DNA of 64,000 nucleotides from Streptococcus parasanguinis (GTDB lineage Bacteria; Bacillota; Bacilli; Lactobacillales; Streptococcaceae): NCBI GenBank assembly GCA_905188195.1, contig CAJJKY010000008.1, positions 1,056 to 65,055 of the forward strand, read 5' to 3'. Shown piece by piece: positions 63,595 to 64,000 of this stretch (position 1 is its first letter; each line of letters starts with the position of its first letter). The notes under the pieces were generated by a model. It saw only the letters and a program-made list of their open reading frames with translations, ran no database searches and was not told where the DNA came from. The position numbers and the translations under genes were made by a program.

Positions 63595-64000
63595 ATGACC
63601 TTAACCTATTCAGAAATTATGATTCGCTATGGAGAGCTTTCTACTAAAGGAAAGAACCGCATGCGCTTCATCAATAAACTTCGCAATAATATCCAAGATG
63701 TTTTATCTATTTATCCAGCTGTCAAAGTGACAGCGGACCGCGATCGGGCCCATGCTTATCTACATGGGACGGATTATGAGCCGGTGGCAGAATCCCTCAA
63801 GCAAGTTTTTGGAATCCAAAATTTTTCACCTGTTTACAAGATTGAAAAATCAGTACCAGCCTTAAAAGCGGCAGTGCAAGGGATTATGAAGGAGATATAC
63901 AAGGACGGCTTGACCTTTAAAATCTCAAGTAAGCGGAGTGATCACACTTTTGAACTCGATAGTCGCGAACTCAATCAAACCCTAGGTGGCACTGTCTTTG
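63595..64000 (+). CDS. thiI: tRNA 4-thiouridine synthase ThiI (3' end runs off the window)
   Basis: [22 protein letters not shown]... Confidence 0.9.
   Translation, partial: MTLTYSEIMIRYGELSTKGKNRMRFINKLRNNIQDVLSIYPAVKVTADRDRAHAYLHGTDYEPVAESLKQVFGIQNFSPVYKIEKSVPALKAAVQGIMKEIYKDGLTFKISSKRSDHTFELDSRELNQTLGGTVF

Overview
This window looks like a chromosomal segment of an oral Streptococcus (parasanguinis/mitis-like; inferred from gene content and order). Family calls come from motifs I recognise in the translations; no database was searched. From left to right it holds: a partial ABC permease; a small AT-rich islet; a merged raffinose/galactose region (birA, galR, rafR/msmR, aga, msmEFG, gtfA, an LPXTG-anchored GH3 hexosaminidase, galKTE); an AT-rich island of about 13 kb (about 19.1-31.9 kb); and housekeeping genes (M42 peptidase, OppA-like lipoprotein, two LPXTG-anchored S15 peptidases, trxA, amylase, M20 peptidase, an ABC exporter, DegV/TetR, a deacetylase, hom-thrB, murB-potABCD, a cysteine desulfurase, thiI). 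The island is the most interesting part. Its first half is a type VII secretion LXG polymorphic-toxin locus. The full-length toxin ends in a domain matching the CD38-like ADP-ribosyl-cyclase/NADase catalytic motifs. It is followed by an Imm74-like gene and an array of silent toxin fragments with immunity genes, linked to the main gene by 111-bp and 39-bp repeats. Its second half is a decayed class II lanthipeptide locus. Two broken precursor genes, absent from the ORF track, sit beside an intact ABC transporter and two-component system, and a 17-bp box recurs three times at a fixed distance from a -10 element. Other candidates are a structured leader with a start-stop minigene before potA, a cre-overlapped consensus promoter with no downstream sense gene, and a second toxin/immunity relic near 60-61.8 kb.
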